The notes beneath the pieces were generated by a model. The model searched no databases, had not been told where the DNA came from, and saw only the letters and a program-made list of their open reading frames with translations. Positions 39,027 through 50,341 of a DNA stretch of 64,000 nucleotides are shown piece by piece. Position numbers and translations under genes: made by a program. Numbering within the stretch: position 1 is the first letter of the stretch; each line of letters begins with the position of its first letter. The DNA is from an uncultured cyanobacterium (GTDB lineage: Bacteria; Cyanobacteriota; Cyanobacteriia; Cyanobacteriales; Nostocaceae): assembly GCA_963706595.1 (NCBI GenBank), contig OY970166.1:1728001-1792000 (forward strand). The letters are read 5' to 3'.

Positions 39027-40838
39027 ATGACTGATGTTCCCGCAGATCGCATTCGCAATTTCTGTATTATTGCTCACATTGACCACGGGAAATCTACCCT
39101 CGCTGATCGCTTACTGCAAGCCACTGGCACTGTAGATGAGCGCAAAATGAAGGAACAGTTCCTCGATAACATGGATCTTGAACGGGAGCGCGGCATTACA
39201 ATTAAGCTGCAAGCTGCCCGGATGAACTACAAGGCCAAGGATGGTCAGGAGTATGTATTAAATTTAATTGATACTCCCGGACACGTGGATTTCTCTTATG
39301 AGGTGTCCCGGAGCCTTGTGGCTTGTGAAGGTGCGCTGTTAGTGGTAGATGCTTCTCAAGGTGTGGAGGCGCAAACCTTAGCTAATCTGTATTTGGCTTT
39401 AGAACATGACCTGGAAATTATTCCGGTTTTAAACAAAATCGATTTGCCTGGGGCAGAACCAGACCGGGTAATTGCCGAAATCGAAGAAATTATTGGTTTA
39501 GATTGTAGTGGTGCTATTCTGGCTTCTGCCAAAGAGGGAATTGGCATTAATGAAATCTTAGAAGCAGTTGTCGAGCGGATCACACCACCCAAAGATACCC
39601 TAGATGCACCTTTACGGGCATTGATTTTTGATAGCTATTACGACACCTACCGGGGAGTGATTGTTTATTTCCGGGTGATGGATGGCACAATCAAAAAAGG
39701 CGATCGCGTTTATTTGATGGCATCCGAAAAAGAATACGTCATTGACGAATTAGGCGTGCTTTCTCCCACAGAAATGCAAGTTGAAGAACTTCACGCTGGG
39801 GAAGTAGGCTATTTTGCCGCAGCCATTAAAGCGGTAGCCGATGCGCGGGTGGGAGACACAATCACCTTAACTAAAGCTAAAGCCTCAGAACCCTTACCTG
39901 GTTACACAGAAGCCAAACCAATGGTATTCTGTGGAATGTTCCCCATTGATGCTGACCAGTTTGAAGACTTGCGAGAAGCTTTAGGTAAACTGGAACTCAA
40001 CGATGCGGCGCTCAAATACGAACCAGAAACTTCTAGCGCCATGGGCTTTGGCTTTCGTTGTGGGTTCCTGGGATTACTGCACATGGAAATTGTCCAGGAA
40101 CGCTTAGAGCGAGAGTATAATCTAGACTTAATTATTACAGCCCCTTCAGTAGTTTATCGGGTAGTGACGATCGCAGGTGAAGAACTGTATATAGACAATC
40201 CCAGCCGCTTACCCTCTCCCAATGAACGGCAAAAAATTGAGGAACCTTATGTCCAAGTAGAAATGATTACGCCGGAAACCTACGTTGGTAGTTTGATGGA
40301 ATTGTCGCAAAATCGGCGGGGCGTTTTCAAAGATATGAAATATCTCGCCCAAGGACGTACCACCCTGACCTACGATTTACCTTTGGCTGAAGTCGTCACT
40401 GACTTTTTTGACCAGATGAAATCGCGATCGCGCGGTTACGCCAGCATGGAATATCATATCATTGGCTACCGTGAGAATCCCTTGGTGAAGCTGGATATCA
40501 TGATTAACGGCGATCCCGTGGATTCCCTAGCGATGATTGTTCACCGAGATAAAGCCTATAACATGGGACGGTCAATGGCCGAAAAACTCAAAGAACTAAT
40601 TCCGCGCCATCAATTTAAAGTGCCAATTCAAGCATCAATTGGCAGTAAAGTCATTGCCAGTGAACACATCCCCGCTTTGCGAAAAGATGTCCTAGCTAAG
40701 TGTTACGGTGGCGACATCAGCCGGAAAAAGAAACTTTTGCAGAAACAAGCCAAAGGTAAAAAACGGATGAAATCTGTGGGAACAGTAGATGTACCCCAGG
40801 AAGCTTTTATGGCTGTGTTGCGATTAGACCAAAGTTAA
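39027..40838 (+). CDS. lepA: Elongation factor 4
   Basis: [20 protein letters not shown]...[14 protein letters not shown]. Confidence 0.99.
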   Translation: MTDVPADRIRNFCIIAHIDHGKSTLADRLLQATGTVDERKMKEQFLDNMDLERERGITIKLQAARMNYKAKDGQEYVLNLIDTPGHVDFSYEVSRSLVACEGALLVVDASQGVEAQTLANLYLALEHDLEIIPVLNKIDLPGAEPDRVIAEIEEIIGLDCSGAILASAKEGIGINEILEAVVERITPPKDTLDAPLRALIFDSYYDTYRGVIVYFRVMDGTIKKGDRVYLMASEKEYVIDELGVLSPTEMQVEELHAGEVGYFAAAIKAVADARVGDTITLTKAKASEPLPGYTEAKPMVFCGMFPIDADQFEDLREALGKLELNDAALKYEPETSSAMGFGFRCGFLGLLHMEIVQERLEREYNLDLIITAPSVVYRVVTIAGEELYIDNPSRLPSPNERQKIEEPYVQVEMITPETYVGSLMELSQNRRGVFKDMKYLAQGRTTLTYDLPLAEVVTDFFDQMKSRSRGYASMEYHIIGYRENPLVKLDIMINGDPVDSLAMIVHRDKAYNMGRSMAEKLKELIPRHQFKVPIQASIGSKVIASEHIPALRKDVLAKCYGGDISRKKKLLQKQAKGKKRMKSVGTVDVPQEAFMAVLRLDQS

Positions 40839-41070
40839 TTTACCGAAAAACCTCACCCTGCTTTTGCTGTGCAGAACCTGTCCCTCTCCTTGGTAAGGAG
40901 AGGGTTTTGTCTACTTTGCAAGTAAATGAAGTACACATCTTAATATGATAAATCTTGCCCGCCCTTAATAAACAATGTCCTAACCTCCTAGGCGGTTGCT
41001 ATATTCTCAAAATCTCCCCTCTCCTTGGTAAGGAGAGGGGCTGGGGGTGAGGTTATTAAAGATTTTTCAG

Positions 41071-41529
41071 TTAACGTTGCTTTTTGTAACGTCCAATGAG
41101 TTCTGCGGTGGCCAAAATGTGATTTTCCATGGCTGCTTCTACTTGTTCCTTCGTAGAACCAAAATCCAACCCTAACGGCGCATCTAAGGCGTAAAGTTTG
41201 AAAAAATAACGATGGATGCCACTGGGCGGACAAGGAGGAGTATAGCCTACCTGTCCGGCATCATTTTTGCCCTGGATGCCACTTCCCTCTAGCATCGGTT
41301 CGGTGGGAACCCGTTCTGGTAAATTCCTAGTTTGGAGAGGTAAATCATAGAGAACCCAATGAACAAATGTGCGATTTGGGGCATCAGGGTCATCGACAAT
41401 CAAAGCAAAGCTGCGGGTTTCAATGGGAACATCTTCCCACTTTAATGAGGGAGAAATACCTTCGCCTTCACAAGAAAATTTGATTGGAACCATGCTATCG
41501 GCAGAAAAGCTGTCACTTAGCAGTTTCAT
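41071..41529 (-). CDS. YbhB/YbcL (PEBP/Raf-kinase-inhibitor-like) protein
   Basis: DDPDAP..FVHW, PPCPPSGIHRYFFKLYALD. Confidence 0.92.
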   Translation of the reverse strand: MKLLSDSFSADSMVPIKFSCEGEGISPSLKWEDVPIETRSFALIVDDPDAPNRTFVHWVLYDLPLQTRNLPERVPTEPMLEGSGIQGKNDAGQVGYTPPCPPSGIHRYFFKLYALDAPLGLDFGSTKEQVEAAMENHILATAELIGRYKKQR

Positions 41530-41983
41530 TTTTTTTGGCTCTTTTAACAGAATTATTACCAGTTCCGCAAATCTGTGATGGTGCGGTAGCCCTGCGGTGG
41601 AACACATCCTACTGCCCAATTTGCGGTGATGTCTGTAAATTCCGCAAAATTTGGTTTTCTTGCGGTTGTGGCTGTCACATTGCTGTATTTGTTTATATCA
41701 ATTCCGCCGTTGTATCCACACACCCGTTTTCATGCTATGCAACTTGGTCGGTTAATTTCAACTAACTGTATTGCTGGCAGTGTTTACCTTTGCAGTCAAG
41801 GTGAAAAAATTATTGCTGTGACGAAATTAAAACCATGCTAAAAAGCAGAAAGATTTTTCTCCTCTTTCGCTGGTTGTGTTATTTTGATTGATTATCTGTA
41901 GCGAAAAATTGTAGTAAATATACTCGTTACGATTACCATTTTTGTATTTTTAGATATTTATAGGGTATTGGAGACTTTAGTAA

Positions 41984-43174
41984 ATGAAGATATTGGTGCT
42001 GAGTTGGGAGTTTCCGCCGAGGTTAGTTGGGGGAATTTCCCGTCATGTAGCGGAGTTATATCCGGAACTGGTGAAGCTAGGACATGAAATTCATCTGATT
42101 ACCTCAGAATTTGGTCAGGCTTCGATGTATGAGGTAGTTGAAGGCATAAAAGTGCATCGAGTCCCAGTGTCCCATAGTAACGACTTTTTTCACTGGATAG
42201 TCAATCTGAACCAGAGTATGGGAGATCATGCGGGGAAGTTGATTCTGGAGGAAGGCCCCTTTGATTTAATTCATGCTCATGATTGGTTAGTAGGAGATGC
42301 AGCGATCGCCTTAAAGCATAACTTTAAAATCCCCCTGATTGCTACCATCCACGCCACTGAACACGGGCGACACAACGGAATTCACACGGAAATTCAACGG
42401 TATATTCATCATAAAGAATATTTGCTCGCCTATAATGCCTGGCGAATTATCGTTTGTACAAACTATATGCGGCGAGAGATAGAACAAACGCTATACAGTC
42501 CTGGTAACAAAATCGATATTATCTATAACGGTATTCGACCAGAAAAGAAACAGCACGACGAAGGCTTTCATGCTCAAGAATTTCGCCGCCAATTTGCCGC
42601 AGACCATGAAAAAATTGTTTATTATGTTGGTCGCATGACTTATGAGAAAGGCGTATCTGTATTACTTAATGCTGCGCCTCAAGTGCTGAACTCAATGGCA
42701 GGTCATGTAAAATTTGTAATTATTGGTGGTGGAAATACTGACCAACTCCAGCATCAAGCTTGGGCTTTGGGAATTTGGCATAAGTGTTACTTTACCGGAT
42801 TTCTCTCGGATACATACTTAGATAAATTCCAAACCATTGCTGACTGTGCTGTATTCCCCAGTCTTTACGAACCCTTTGGGATTGTGGCTTTAGAAAGTTT
42901 TGCCTCTCGCGTTCCAGTTGTAGTTTCTGATACAGGCGGATTTCCCGAAGTAGTGCAGCATACTAAAACAGGCATTGTCACCCAGGTAAATAATCCTCAT
43001 TCTCTCGCTTGGGGAATTTTAGAAGTTTTGCAACATCCTGGTTATCGACAATGGTTGATTGATAATGCTTACAAAGATTTAGCGCAACGCTTTAATTGGA
43101 CAAAATTAGCCCAGCAAACAGAAACAGTTTATCAGCGAGTCGTGCAAGAGCGATCGCAAACTGTCTGGGATTAA
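41984..43174 (+). CDS. GT4 glycosyltransferase
   Basis: MKILVLSWEFPP, HAHDW, YEPFGIVALE. Confidence 0.95.
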   Translation: MKILVLSWEFPPRLVGGISRHVAELYPELVKLGHEIHLITSEFGQASMYEVVEGIKVHRVPVSHSNDFFHWIVNLNQSMGDHAGKLILEEGPFDLIHAHDWLVGDAAIALKHNFKIPLIATIHATEHGRHNGIHTEIQRYIHHKEYLLAYNAWRIIVCTNYMRREIEQTLYSPGNKIDIIYNGIRPEKKQHDEGFHAQEFRRQFAADHEKIVYYVGRMTYEKGVSVLLNAAPQVLNSMAGHVKFVIIGGGNTDQLQHQAWALGIWHKCYFTGFLSDTYLDKFQTIADCAVFPSLYEPFGIVALESFASRVPVVVSDTGGFPEVVQHTKTGIVTQVNNPHSLAWGILEVLQHPGYRQWLIDNAYKDLAQRFNWTKLAQQTETVYQRVVQERSQTVWD

Positions 43175-43336
43175 AACTGACAACAGATGCGGAGATTTTA
43201 GTCACATAGTCCAGAGAATTAAAGTTTACTCTAGATTATTTAGCGTTAAAAAACAGTACAATCCCTATACGCTGGAAATTTCACCCTTTCTGGTGCGAGA
43301 GTTAGCAATAATTGTGGTTTGCACCAGCAGCTTAGT

Positions 43337-44371
43337 ATGACAAAGGTATTCCCAAGCATAGCAAAGTGGTTAAAGAATCTAGGAACCTTATGGAAAAAGA
43401 TGGGAGCCTCGATCATATCCCGTCTCACAGCATTCCTGAAACCCGACTTCCAAGAAGACAAAACTGTAGATTTACGTCCCCCCTTACCTAGCCCCTTAGC
43501 CGGGCCAGTGCATCTTTTAGGTGGGGGCGGACCCGATGTAGAGGAAGCTATTCAATGGATGATTAATCAAGTTAGGGGATCTACCAACTACTCGACCAAA
43601 ATTAATGTTGTCGTCATCCGCACTTATGGTAGTGATGATTACAATCGGTTAATTTATGATATGCAGGGAGTGAACTATGTAGAAACTCTAGTCATTAGTA
43701 ATCGCCAAGATGCCAACAGACCTGAGATTCTGGAGAAAGTCAAAAATGCTGGCGTGATTTTCTTTGCTGGTGGGGATCAATGTGAATACATCCGTAGCTG
43801 GAAAAACACCAAGTTAGAAACTGCCATTGAATCAGTTTATGCCAAAGGCGGTGGCATTGGCGGCACCAGTGCCGGTGCAATGATTCAAAGTGATTACGTC
43901 TACGATGCTTGTGCTTCTTCCGAAGAAGGTATTGAAACCAGAGAAGCCCTCGAAGATCCTTACCGAGACATTACCTTCACTTATAACTTTTTCCCTTGGA
44001 GTCATTTGAGGGGAACCATCATCGATACCCATTTTGACAGACGCAAAAGAATGGGTCGAATTATGGCTTTTATTGCCCGTCAAATTCAAGATGGCGTATC
44101 AAAAACTGCTTTAGGGATAGCCATTAGCGAAGAAACATCCCTTGTTGTCGATAAATACGGGATGGCGAAAGTCATGGGAAGAGGTGCAGCATATTTTGTC
44201 TTAGGAGACCATGCACCAGAAGAATGCAAACCCCAAACTCCGCTGACATTTTCCGACTACAAAATTTGGCGAGTTCCCCGTGGCGATACCTTCAACTTAA
44301 GGGATCTACCCACCAGAGGTTATTATCTCCGCAGTGTCAAACGTGGGCGATTTGATTCAGACCCCTATTAA
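43337..44371 (+). CDS. Cyanophycinase-like peptidase S51
   Basis: FFAGGDQ, GGTSAGA, IDTHF..RMGR; start approximate. Confidence 0.85.
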   Translation: MTKVFPSIAKWLKNLGTLWKKMGASIISRLTAFLKPDFQEDKTVDLRPPLPSPLAGPVHLLGGGGPDVEEAIQWMINQVRGSTNYSTKINVVVIRTYGSDDYNRLIYDMQGVNYVETLVISNRQDANRPEILEKVKNAGVIFFAGGDQCEYIRSWKNTKLETAIESVYAKGGGIGGTSAGAMIQSDYVYDACASSEEGIETREALEDPYRDITFTYNFFPWSHLRGTIIDTHFDRRKRMGRIMAFIARQIQDGVSKTALGIAISEETSLVVDKYGMAKVMGRGAAYFVLGDHAPEECKPQTPLTFSDYKIWRVPRGDTFNLRDLPTRGYYLRSVKRGRFDSDPY

Positions 44372-44580
44372 ATCAGTCAACAGTTAACAGTTAACAGTTA
44401 ACAGTTAACAGTTATCACGCCGATTTAGTCGGAAATTGTGACCCAAAGTTGTCTCCTCACTGATAACTAGGGCTGGCAAAATATTATCTACACTCTTGTG
44501 GTGCGGGCATCTTGCCCGCTTTTCAATTAACTCAGGCTACAATGTATACAATAATGATAAATTACTCCAGACCCTATTTT

Positions 44581-44660
44581 GTAGGGTGTGTTGTCGCGTA
44601 GCGCAACGCACCATCCTAAATTTTCGGTGCGTTAGGACTAACGTCCATAACGCACCCTAC
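44581..44660. repeat. REPIN-like inverted REP doublet
   Basis: GTAGGGTGTGTT...AACGCACC...GGTGCGTT...AACGCACCCTAC, followed by a degenerate ACTTGTGTG..TAC TIR. Confidence 0.75.
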
Positions 44661-44725
44661 CCAAATCAAGGTTGTTAAACTTGTGTGTGTATACGCTAGG
44701 GCGTGTTTTCAAAGTCTATCTGACT

Positions 44726-45892
44726 TTATGCTCTGGCTGTAATAGACTGTAAACTTTGAACAGTAGAAATTACCTGCTGTGCTACTGTGTCTATTTCTTC
44801 AGCAGTATTAAACCGCCCAATTCCAAACCTTACCGCAGCATAAGCTAATTTTTCCGAGTGTCCCAAAGCAGTCAGCACATGGGAAGGTGCTGTGGTGGTT
44901 GAAGAACAAGCAGAACCAGAAGAAACCGCCATTACTGGCTGTAAACCTAACAATAAAGCAGCCCCATCTACACCCTCAACACTGATATTTAAATTTCCCG
45001 CTAGTCGCTGGGTAGGATGTCCATTCAGGTGAACCCCTGACAACTGCGAAAGTTGTTCCCATAATCTTTGTCTAAGTTCAGTCAGGCGTTGATTTTCGGT
45101 TTCTTGCACTGCTAAAGCGATTTCTACAGCTTTCCCGAAACCGACAATTTGGGGCGTGTATAAAGTCCCAGAACGCATTCCTCGTTCATGTCCACCGCCA
45201 TGCTGTTGGGGTGCAATTTGGACTCTGGGATTACGTCTACGCACGTATAAAGCCCCGATACCCTTGGGACCGTATACTTTATGTGCAGTCAGCGACATCA
45301 AGTCAACTTTCATCGTCTGCATATCTAAGGGAATTTTACCAATAGCTTGGGCTGCATCTGTATGAAAAATTATATTGTTTTCTCGGCACATTTCCCCAAT
45401 TTCTATCAACGGTTGCAATACACCAATTTCATTATTTGCAGCCATCACCGAAACCAAAATTGTTTCCGAACGAAAAGCTTTTTTTAATTCATTTAAATCA
45501 ATTAACCCATCTGGCTGAACTGGGAGAATAGTAATCTCAAAACCCAGAGATTTTAAATAAGTACAAGGGTCAAGAACTGCACTATGTTCTGTCGCTACAG
45601 TAATAATATGCTGACCTTTAGAAAAATAAGCTTCAGCTACACCTTTAATAGCTAAATTATTCGCTTCTGTTGCACCACTTGTAAAGACAATTTCTTCAGG
45701 TGTCGCATTAATAGCTGCGGCTAAAATTTCTCGTGATTTTTTAACAGCCGCTTCTGCTTCCCAACCGTAAACATGACCAATACTAGAAGGATTTCCAAAG
45801 TGTTCTGTAAAATAGGGAATCATTGCTGCTAATACCTGTTCATCTACAGGTGTAGTAGCGTGACAATCGAGATATATAGGACGAATAGACAT
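44726..45892 (-). CDS. iscS: Cysteine desulfurase (IscS/NifS family)
   Basis: IYLDCHATTP, TAHKVYGPKG PLP-Lys, SSGSACSS. Confidence 0.88.
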   Translation of the reverse strand: MSIRPIYLDCHATTPVDEQVLAAMIPYFTEHFGNPSSIGHVYGWEAEAAVKKSREILAAAINATPEEIVFTSGATEANNLAIKGVAEAYFSKGQHIITVATEHSAVLDPCTYLKSLGFEITILPVQPDGLIDLNELKKAFRSETILVSVMAANNEIGVLQPLIEIGEMCRENNIIFHTDAAQAIGKIPLDMQTMKVDLMSLTAHKVYGPKGIGALYVRRRNPRVQIAPQQHGGGHERGMRSGTLYTPQIVGFGKAVEIALAVQETENQRLTELRQRLWEQLSQLSGVHLNGHPTQRLAGNLNISVEGVDGAALLLGLQPVMAVSSGSACSSTTTAPSHVLTALGHSEKLAYAAVRFGIGRFNTAEEIDTVAQQVISTVQSLQSITARA

Positions 45893-45895
45893 AAC

Positions 45896-46522
45896 TTAAC
45901 TCAAAATTTGACTGAGGTGTTTTAAAATACTGAGGACTCTGTATAATTCATTTTCTCGCCTAGACAAAGTAAATTTATCTGACAAAGCATACTCAGATTT
46001 ATCCTGTTTGATTAATTTGATAAATTGAAAATCTTCTCCACTAGTTACACATCCAAACACAGCTTTTTCTGGATGAGGATTAGCTAACATATAACTTAGC
46101 GCTTGAGGTATAGCTTCTAAAAGAGAAAAACTAGAACGCTTAGATTCAATAACTAATAACCAGAATTGTTCTTGAATTACCAAAACATCAATTCTACCTC
46201 GAATAACTTCTCCTTTATCCTCCGCCGAAATTTCAATTGATTGTTCACTCCTCATAAAAAAAGGTTCGTCATAAAAACCAGCCAGATTTAGCAAAGGTGA
46301 TAAAACAACTAATTTTACTGTTTCTTCGGATAAAGGAGGATATTTTGCTAAACGCAGAAAATGAGATTTGATTTTGTCTAACTGTTGTTTTTCTAAATCT
46401 GTAATTCCTGGTAAATTCTCCCACCATTCTGGAAAAAAGTCCTCATTTTTAGCCTGTTGTAGACCAAACTTTTCTTCTAAATAGGCAATACCAACATTTT
46501 GCTCTTGAATAAATTGAACCAT
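45896..46522 (-). CDS. HsdR N-terminal-like PD-(D/E)xK protein (stand-alone)
   Basis: GRIDVLV...LLVIESK...AIPQALSYM. Confidence 0.8.
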   Translation of the reverse strand: MVQFIQEQNVGIAYLEEKFGLQQAKNEDFFPEWWENLPGITDLEKQQLDKIKSHFLRLAKYPPLSEETVKLVVLSPLLNLAGFYDEPFFMRSEQSIEISAEDKGEVIRGRIDVLVIQEQFWLLVIESKRSSFSLLEAIPQALSYMLANPHPEKAVFGCVTSGEDFQFIKLIKQDKSEYALSDKFTLSRRENELYRVLSILKHLSQILS

Positions 46523-46566
46523 AGTTTTCTCACAGTATATAATTGGTTTGATTATAAAAAACAAAC

Positions 46567-46828
46567 TATAGCGGTATGCACTGGAATGAATTACATCATA
46601 GCCCCCTCCTCGCTTGCGCTACGGTGTACACACAAGTGATCTAATCCCCCTAAATCCCCCTTAAAAAGGGGGACTTTAAATAATTTTCCCCCCTTCTCAA
46701 GGGGGGTTAGGGGGGATCGAAACGCTGTTAGGCAAATTGATAAAACTTGTGTGTACACGGTAGCCTCGCTTGCGGGGAGGGGGTTGGGGGTGGGGTTCTT
46801 ATATCTCACTTAACTGATAACCCCTATA
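46567..46828 (+). mobile_element. Element B interrupted by a 147-bp MITE (46618-46764) with 9-bp TSD
   Basis: TIR GCTACGGTGTACACACAAGT (19/20 match); CTCGCTTGC duplicated at 46609-46617 and 46765-46773. Confidence 0.88.
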
Positions 46829-47241
46829 AAATTTTGACCTAATTTCATTAAAATTTGCAAAATTTTATATAATTCATTTTCACGTCTATATAAAGTAAAC
46901 CTATCAGATAAGGCATATATTACGGCTTTATCTTGTTTAATTAATTTAATAAATTGGAAATCTTCCCCATTCATGATTAACGAATATACAGGATCATCAG
47001 AAGTAGTGCTTTTCTAATTGGGAAATTTCAGGTAAAGAGTCAAACCATTCTGTAAAAAATTGCTGACCTTCAGATTTTTCTAAAGCAAAATTTTCTTTTA
47101 AGTTAGGACTTATGCAAAAACTCTCTCAAACCCTTATTCCTCTGTGTTCTCTGCGTCTGTGTGGTTCGTTATTCCGTAATTTGTGCGTAAGTCCTATAAG
47201 TAAGCGAGGGCGATATTTTGTGCTGGAATAACTTGAACCAT
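46829..47241 (-). pseudogene. Decayed paralogue of the 45896-46522 gene
   Basis: MVQVIPAQNIALAYL[MITE]KENFALEK...FFTEWFDSLPEISQLEK, then deletion, GEDFQFIKLIKQDK, frameshift, YALSDRFTLYRRENELYKIL. Confidence 0.85.
47104..47196. mobile_element. 93-bp MITE with A-family TIRs and 5-bp TSD
   Basis: TAGGACTTATGC...GCGTAAGTCCTA flanked by TAAGT on both sides. Confidence 0.88.
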
Positions 47242-47298
47242 GTTTATTGCAACTGGCGAAAAGTGTTATACCCTACTTCAATCATAACGCTGTTAGGC

Positions 47299-47790
47299 TC
47301 ACTGGGGATTTGAAGTGGCTGCTAATTCCTGTAATTTGTTTAATACGGCTTGTGCATGACCTTTGGTTTTGACATTCGGCCAAGTATAAGCAATTATCCC
47401 ATCAGGTGAGATCAGAAATGTTGACCGGGCTACACCCATATATTCTTTACCCATGAATTTTTTTAAGCGCCATGCACCATAGGCTTCTATGAGATGATGT
47501 TCAGGGTCACTTAACAGGGTGATGGATAAGTTATGTTTGTCTATAAATTTACAATGAGCTTTTTGTGCATCTGGACTCACACCTAATATTTTTGCTCCCA
47601 AGGTGCTGAAGTCTGGAGTCAAGTCTGTAAAGTCTTTAGCTTCGGTGGTACAGCCTGGGGTGTCATCTTTGGGGTAAAAGTACAGTACAACCCACTGACT
47701 GCTAAAATCACTGAGGCTGACAGGCTGATTATTTTGGTCAGGTGTGGGGAAATTGGGCGCAGGTTGTCCAGTTTGGGGAATGTTATTCAT
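47299..47790 (-). CDS. bcp: Peroxiredoxin Q (BCP)
   Basis: LYFYPKDDTPGCTTEA. Confidence 0.93.
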   Translation of the reverse strand: MNNIPQTGQPAPNFPTPDQNNQPVSLSDFSSQWVVLYFYPKDDTPGCTTEAKDFTDLTPDFSTLGAKILGVSPDAQKAHCKFIDKHNLSITLLSDPEHHLIEAYGAWRLKKFMGKEYMGVARSTFLISPDGIIAYTWPNVKTKGHAQAVLNKLQELAATSNPQ

Positions 47791-48049
47791 GATTGGTGTT
47801 AGATGGGGATGGCATCAAAATTTTACCTGCATTAGGCGACCATGAATTTTTTATCACGCAGAGGCGCAGAGTCGCAGAGAGGAAGAGTTAAAGAGATGTA
47901 ATTTTGGCATTTTATCTTCAAATTCAGCAATGCCCACTTTTTTATCTCATGTCACACTATTTATATCTTGCTTTGCGCCTAACGTACTTCGTACTTTGAT
48001 GCGCCTTTGCGCCTTTGCGTGAACCTTTCATCCAAATTTAAACCTCGCC

Positions 48050-49396
48050 GTGATTAAAATGTCATCTGAATTTAACTTTTTCCAACAGTGGTATCCTCTC
48101 TCACCTGTAGAAGATATCGACCCCACACAACCAACTCCTGTTACTCTTTTAGGAATTCGTTTAGTTATCTGGAAACCTAAGTCATCTGAGACTTATCAGG
48201 TATTTTTAGATCAATGTCCCCACCGTCTCGCCCCTTTGAGTGAAGGACGTGTTGACGAGAAAACTGGTAATTTAATGTGTAGTTATCATGGTTGGCAATT
48301 TGATTCTCAAGGGATTTGTACTCACATTCCCCAAGCAGAGAAGCCAGAAATGGTTGCTAAAAATCCAGAAAAATTCTGTGTAATTTCTCTACCAGTTCGC
48401 CAAGCTAATGATTTACTTTGGGTTTGGCCTGATGCTAAATCAGCAGAAGCAGCAGCCAATACACCGTTACCACTTTCACCTCAAGTAGATGCTGATCAGG
48501 GATATGTTTGGTCTTCTTTTGTCCGCGATTTGGAATATGACTGGCAAACTTTAATTGAAAATGTAGCAGATCCTAGTCACGTACCTTTTACCCATCACGG
48601 GGTACAGGGTAAGAGAGAATATGCTACACCCATACTTATGGAGGTTGTAGAATCAACTTCTAAGTTAATTGAAGTGGTGATTGATAGACGCTTGAAAACT
48701 ACCATCACTTTTGAACCTCCTTGTCGGTTAGAGTATGCTATCAGCCTTGGTGATTCTGGAGAGAAGAAAATTGGACTGGTGACTTACTGTATTCCTGTGT
48801 CTCCTGGTAAGTCCAGAATTGTCGCCCAATTTAGCCGCAACTTTGCTAAAAAACTGCATCGGTTGACACCCCGGTGGTGGACTCATATCAATACCCGTAA
48901 TCTGGTGCTGGATGGCGATATGATTGTTTTACATCAGCAAGAAAAATATCTGCAACAAAGACAAGCAGTTGAAAGCTGGAAAACTATCTACAAGTTACCA
49001 ACAGGTGCAGATCGTTTGGTAATTGAGTTTCGGAATTGGTTTGATAAGTATTGTTTTGGTCAGCTACCGTGGAGAGAAGTGGGAATTACTGTTCCACCCA
49101 GTCCGCAAATTAATGATAACCGTTCTGTGTTGCTGGATCGTTATTCACAACATACCCAGCATTGTAGTAGTTGTCGTAATGCGTTAAAGGTGATACAGCG
49201 CTTACAACTGGGACTTTTAATATACAGCATGATTGTAATTGCTGCTGTGGCTTTACTTCCTGATGCACTCAGAATTAAGTTGGGTTTACCTTTGGTAATT
49301 ACGGCTGGTTTAAGTATGGCTGCTTATTCTTGGCTGAAATTCCGGCTAATTCCTAAGTTCTACTTTGTAGACTATATCCATTCTGAAAAAGTTTAG
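48050..49396 (+). CDS. Rieske oxygenase, pheophorbide a oxygenase (PaO) family
   Basis: CPHRLAPLSEG..CSYHGW, ENVADPSHVPFTH, HTQHCSSC, two C-terminal TMs. Confidence 0.92.
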   Translation: MIKMSSEFNFFQQWYPLSPVEDIDPTQPTPVTLLGIRLVIWKPKSSETYQVFLDQCPHRLAPLSEGRVDEKTGNLMCSYHGWQFDSQGICTHIPQAEKPEMVAKNPEKFCVISLPVRQANDLLWVWPDAKSAEAAANTPLPLSPQVDADQGYVWSSFVRDLEYDWQTLIENVADPSHVPFTHHGVQGKREYATPILMEVVESTSKLIEVVIDRRLKTTITFEPPCRLEYAISLGDSGEKKIGLVTYCIPVSPGKSRIVAQFSRNFAKKLHRLTPRWWTHINTRNLVLDGDMIVLHQQEKYLQQRQAVESWKTIYKLPTGADRLVIEFRNWFDKYCFGQLPWREVGITVPPSPQINDNRSVLLDRYSQHTQHCSSCRNALKVIQRLQLGLLIYSMIVIAAVALLPDALRIKLGLPLVITAGLSMAAYSWLKFRLIPKFYFVDYIHSEKV

Positions 49397-49507
49397 CTAC
49401 ATTCTACCCTCAGAATAGAATTCTGGGGCTATACAGACAAAGCCCACCTACGTGGGCTAATTAATAAAGAAATGGTATCAGGAATTACGAATTACGAATT
49501 AAAAAAT

Positions 49508-50341
49508 ATGCGACGTGATTTTACTAACCGCGATGATTTAATAGCCTACCTGCGGGAACAATTCCCCAATGCGGTAGAACGTGATGATCATATTAGTGAA
49601 ACTGTGGGAGGACGTAAAGCGGCTGAGAAAACCCTGCAAAAAGTTAATCCTGTGGATTACGCAAAAACACGCAACTCTTTAACTGGTGCTGTAACCAGAC
49701 TTTCGCCTTATATTCGTTATGGGGTTTTAAGCTTGCGGGAAGTTCGGGATAATGTGCTGGAAAAAGTACCAGATCCCAGCGATGCTAGTAAATTGATTAA
49801 TGAATTGGGCTGGCGTGACTATTGGCAGAGATTATATGTCAAACTAGGCGATCGCATCTGGGAAGATCAAGAAGAATACAAAACTGGGTACACCCCAACA
49901 GATTACGCTGAACAACTACCAGCAGATATCACCGCAGGGACTACCGGAATGGTTTGTATTGATAGCTTTAGCCATGAATTACGGTCAACTGGCTACTTAC
50001 ACAACCATATCAGGATGTGGTTAGCCGCTTACATTGTCCATTGGCGGCGTATTCGTTGGCAAGCCGGAGCCAAATGGTTTCTAGAACACCTGCTAGATGG
50101 CGACCCAGCCAGTAATAATATGTCATGGCAGTGGGTCGCCAGCACTTTTAGCCATAAACCTTATTTTTTCAATCGTGAGAACCTAGAACGCTATACCAAA
50201 GGAGTTTATTGTCGCCAATGTCCCCTTTACGGCCATTGTGGTTTTGAAGGTAGCTATGAAGAATTAGAACAACGACTATTTCCCCAAGGTGAATTTAGCA
50301 AAAAACCCAATAGTCAAAGTTGGCAACGAGGTAAAAAATGA
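49508..50341 (+). CDS. Photolyase FAD-binding (catalytic) domain only
   Basis: TRLSPYIRYG, ELGWRDYW, GYLHNHIRMW, LLDGDPASNNMSWQW. Confidence 0.88.
   Translation: MRRDFTNRDDLIAYLREQFPNAVERDDHISETVGGRKAAEKTLQKVNPVDYAKTRNSLTGAVTRLSPYIRYGVLSLREVRDNVLEKVPDPSDASKLINELGWRDYWQRLYVKLGDRIWEDQEEYKTGYTPTDYAEQLPADITAGTTGMVCIDSFSHELRSTGYLHNHIRMWLAAYIVHWRRIRWQAGAKWFLEHLLDGDPASNNMSWQWVASTFSHKPYFFNRENLERYTKGVYCRQCPLYGHCGFEGSYEELEQRLFPQGEFSKKPNSQSWQRGKK

Noticed and set aside
46591..46809. 72-aa ORF (also the ORFs at 938-1267, 6879-7217 and 23440-23664)
   Set aside because: Read through MITE/STRR sequence; not credible proteins
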